Part shown: piece after piece, positions 35,272 through 36,029 of the stretch
How the letters are laid out: each line of letters opens with the position of its first letter
How positions within the stretch are numbered: the first letter of the stretch is position 1
NCBI GenBank assembly: GCA_937916005.1
Contig: CALGIA010000296.1
Span: 1 to 36,029, forward strand
Direction of reading: 5' to 3'
Length of the DNA stretch: 36,029 nucleotides
Source of the DNA: an uncultured Rhodospirillaceae bacterium
GTDB lineage: Bacteria; Pseudomonadota; Alphaproteobacteria; MPNO01
Position numbers and translations under genes: made by a program
Notes under the pieces: generated by a model
The model's input: the letters and a program-made list of their open reading frames with translations, nothing else
What the model was told of the DNA's origin: nothing
The model's database searches: none

Positions 35272-36029
35272 CTAAGGCTTGTAACCGGGAATCCTGGTTG
35301 CGAGAAACGGCGTCTCGATCAGGCCGGCGTGATAGTTGTGGCACGTCAGACAGGTTTCGCCAGCGAATTCCGGATTATGGCAATCGGCGCAGACGGCGCG
35401 CGGCAGCGGGCTGAAATTCGATGCGAATTTTGCGGGGTCGGGCTGAGCGTATGATTGCTGATATTTTGCTTTTTCGTCAATCTGGTGGCAGGTGAGACAG
35501 CCTTTCGCGCCAACCACGCCGAAATGGGGCGCATGGGAAAATGCCGTCAGACGATCTGTTGTCTGTTTTACCGGGCGCGGGCCCCAATTCACCTGTTTGG
35601 CGCCAGCGGGGCTTGAATCGACACTGTGACATTTGGTGCAGCTCCCCTGCGCATTCTTGCCGGTCAGGGACTTGAAAACGGCCACGCCCGAACCGTTGGC
35701 GGCCGCATTCCGCCCGGCATAATCAAGCCATGACGTCAGGAAACGGTCTTCGTGGCCCGTCGGGTGAAACAATATCGCGTGATCGCGCCGATACCAGCCG
35801 CCGAGGCGCGCGAAACTCTCCTCGTCTACTTCAGGGGCCGCGGCCGATGGCGCGGCGGCATCGGTGGGCGCGGGTTCCACCGTAATTGAGGCCGCATCAT
35901 CGGAACCGCCCGACAGGATGTCCGGCTTGTCTTCATTGCCGTCGGCCAAAATGTCGGACTTGTCCTCCGCAAGGATGTCTTCCTTGCCACCCGAAAGAAT
36001 ATCCGACTTATCATCGCCGCCCGAAAGAG
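35272..36029 (-). CDS. Multihaem c-type cytochrome (four CXXCH, c3/c7-like spacing) with an acidic repeat region; 5' end lies beyond the right edge
   Basis: CTKCH, CLTCH, CADCH and CLTCH, with preceding F-x-H-x-x-H type distal ligand motifs (FSHAPHF). The ORF-track M at 35949 is a TTG. The same frame stays open to position 36029 (...LSGGDDKSDILSGGKEDILAEDKSDILADGNEDKPDILSGGSDD...). Confidence 0.7.
   Translation of the reverse strand, partial: LSGGDDKSDILSGGKEDILAEDKSDILADGNEDKPDILSGGSDDAASITVEPAPTDAAAPSAAAPEVDEESFARLGGWYRRDHAILFHPTGHEDRFLTSWLDYAGRNAAANGSGVAVFKSLTGKNAQGSCTKCHSVDSSPAGAKQVNWGPRPVKQTTDRLTAFSHAPHFGVVGAKGCLTCHQIDEKAKYQQSYAQPDPAKFASNFSPLPRAVCADCHNPEFAGETCLTCHNYHAGLIETPFLATRIPGYKP
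35890..36029. repeat. Degenerate 24-33 nt tandem repeats encoding the acidic D-I-L-[SA]-x-G modules of the cytochrome gene
   Basis: Plus-strand units: ...CCCGACAGGATGTCCGGCTTGTC / GCCAAAATGTCGGACTTGTC / CGCAAGGATGTCTTCCTTGCC / CCCGAAAGAATATCCGACTTATC / CCCGAAAGAG... The array continues off the window. Confidence 0.7.

Noticed and set aside
1-36029. Search for CRISPR arrays, IS elements or integrases, prophage genes, toxin-antitoxin pairs or known defence genes
   Set aside because: No regularly spaced direct repeats, terminal inverted repeats flanking a transposase-like ORF, or nuclease/ATPase/helicase defence-type genes were found. Every sizeable ORF is accounted for by housekeeping or metabolic families.

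Overview
GC-rich chromosomal segment whose gene content and synteny point to an alphaproteobacterium: fixNOQP-fixGHIS type cbb3 oxidase locus, membrane-anchored CycM-like cytochrome c, SDR-type tdh-kbl pair, yejABEF, and ffs-dnaX-ybaB-recR. I can support about 38 protein-coding genes plus one SRP RNA, nearly all tightly packed housekeeping or core-metabolic genes, many with ATGA/GTGA start-stop overlaps. Order left to right: amidohydrolase (partial) and a GGT-family Ntn hydrolase (-); divergent YciI-like and MmgE/PrpD-family genes (+); an AT-rich gap with an orphan small ORF and an XRE regulator; YfcG-like GST; a DMT transporter; recR-ybaB-dnaX-ffs (-); nudC; pheA-kdsB (-); cycM; a PAS_5-like protein; hisN-like phosphatase; yejA-yejA'-yejB-yejE-yejF; kbl-tdh and a LigB-type dioxygenase (-); ccoNOQP-ccoGHIS (+); a DUF2189 membrane protein, gdhA and a truncated multihaem cytochrome (-). 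I see no rRNA, tRNA, CRISPR array, transposase or integrase, prophage genes, or recognisable defence or toxin-antitoxin module. I do not find a convincing undescribed multi-gene system and would treat this as an ordinary core region. The best second-look items are: (1) the tetrahaem c3/c7-like cytochrome with acidic DIL-SGG tandem repeats running off the right edge, 30 nt upstream of gdhA; (2) a ccoS reading frame that runs to about 88 codons, with a 129 nt convergent overlap into the DUF2189 gene; (3) an alternative-pairing hairpin that can occlude the DUF2189 Shine-Dalgarno; (4) the divergent amidohydrolase/GGT versus YciI/PrpD-family module of unknown substrate; (5) a 24 nt intergenic motif present twice. 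The many long ORFs antisense to real genes are GC-driven shadow ORFs.
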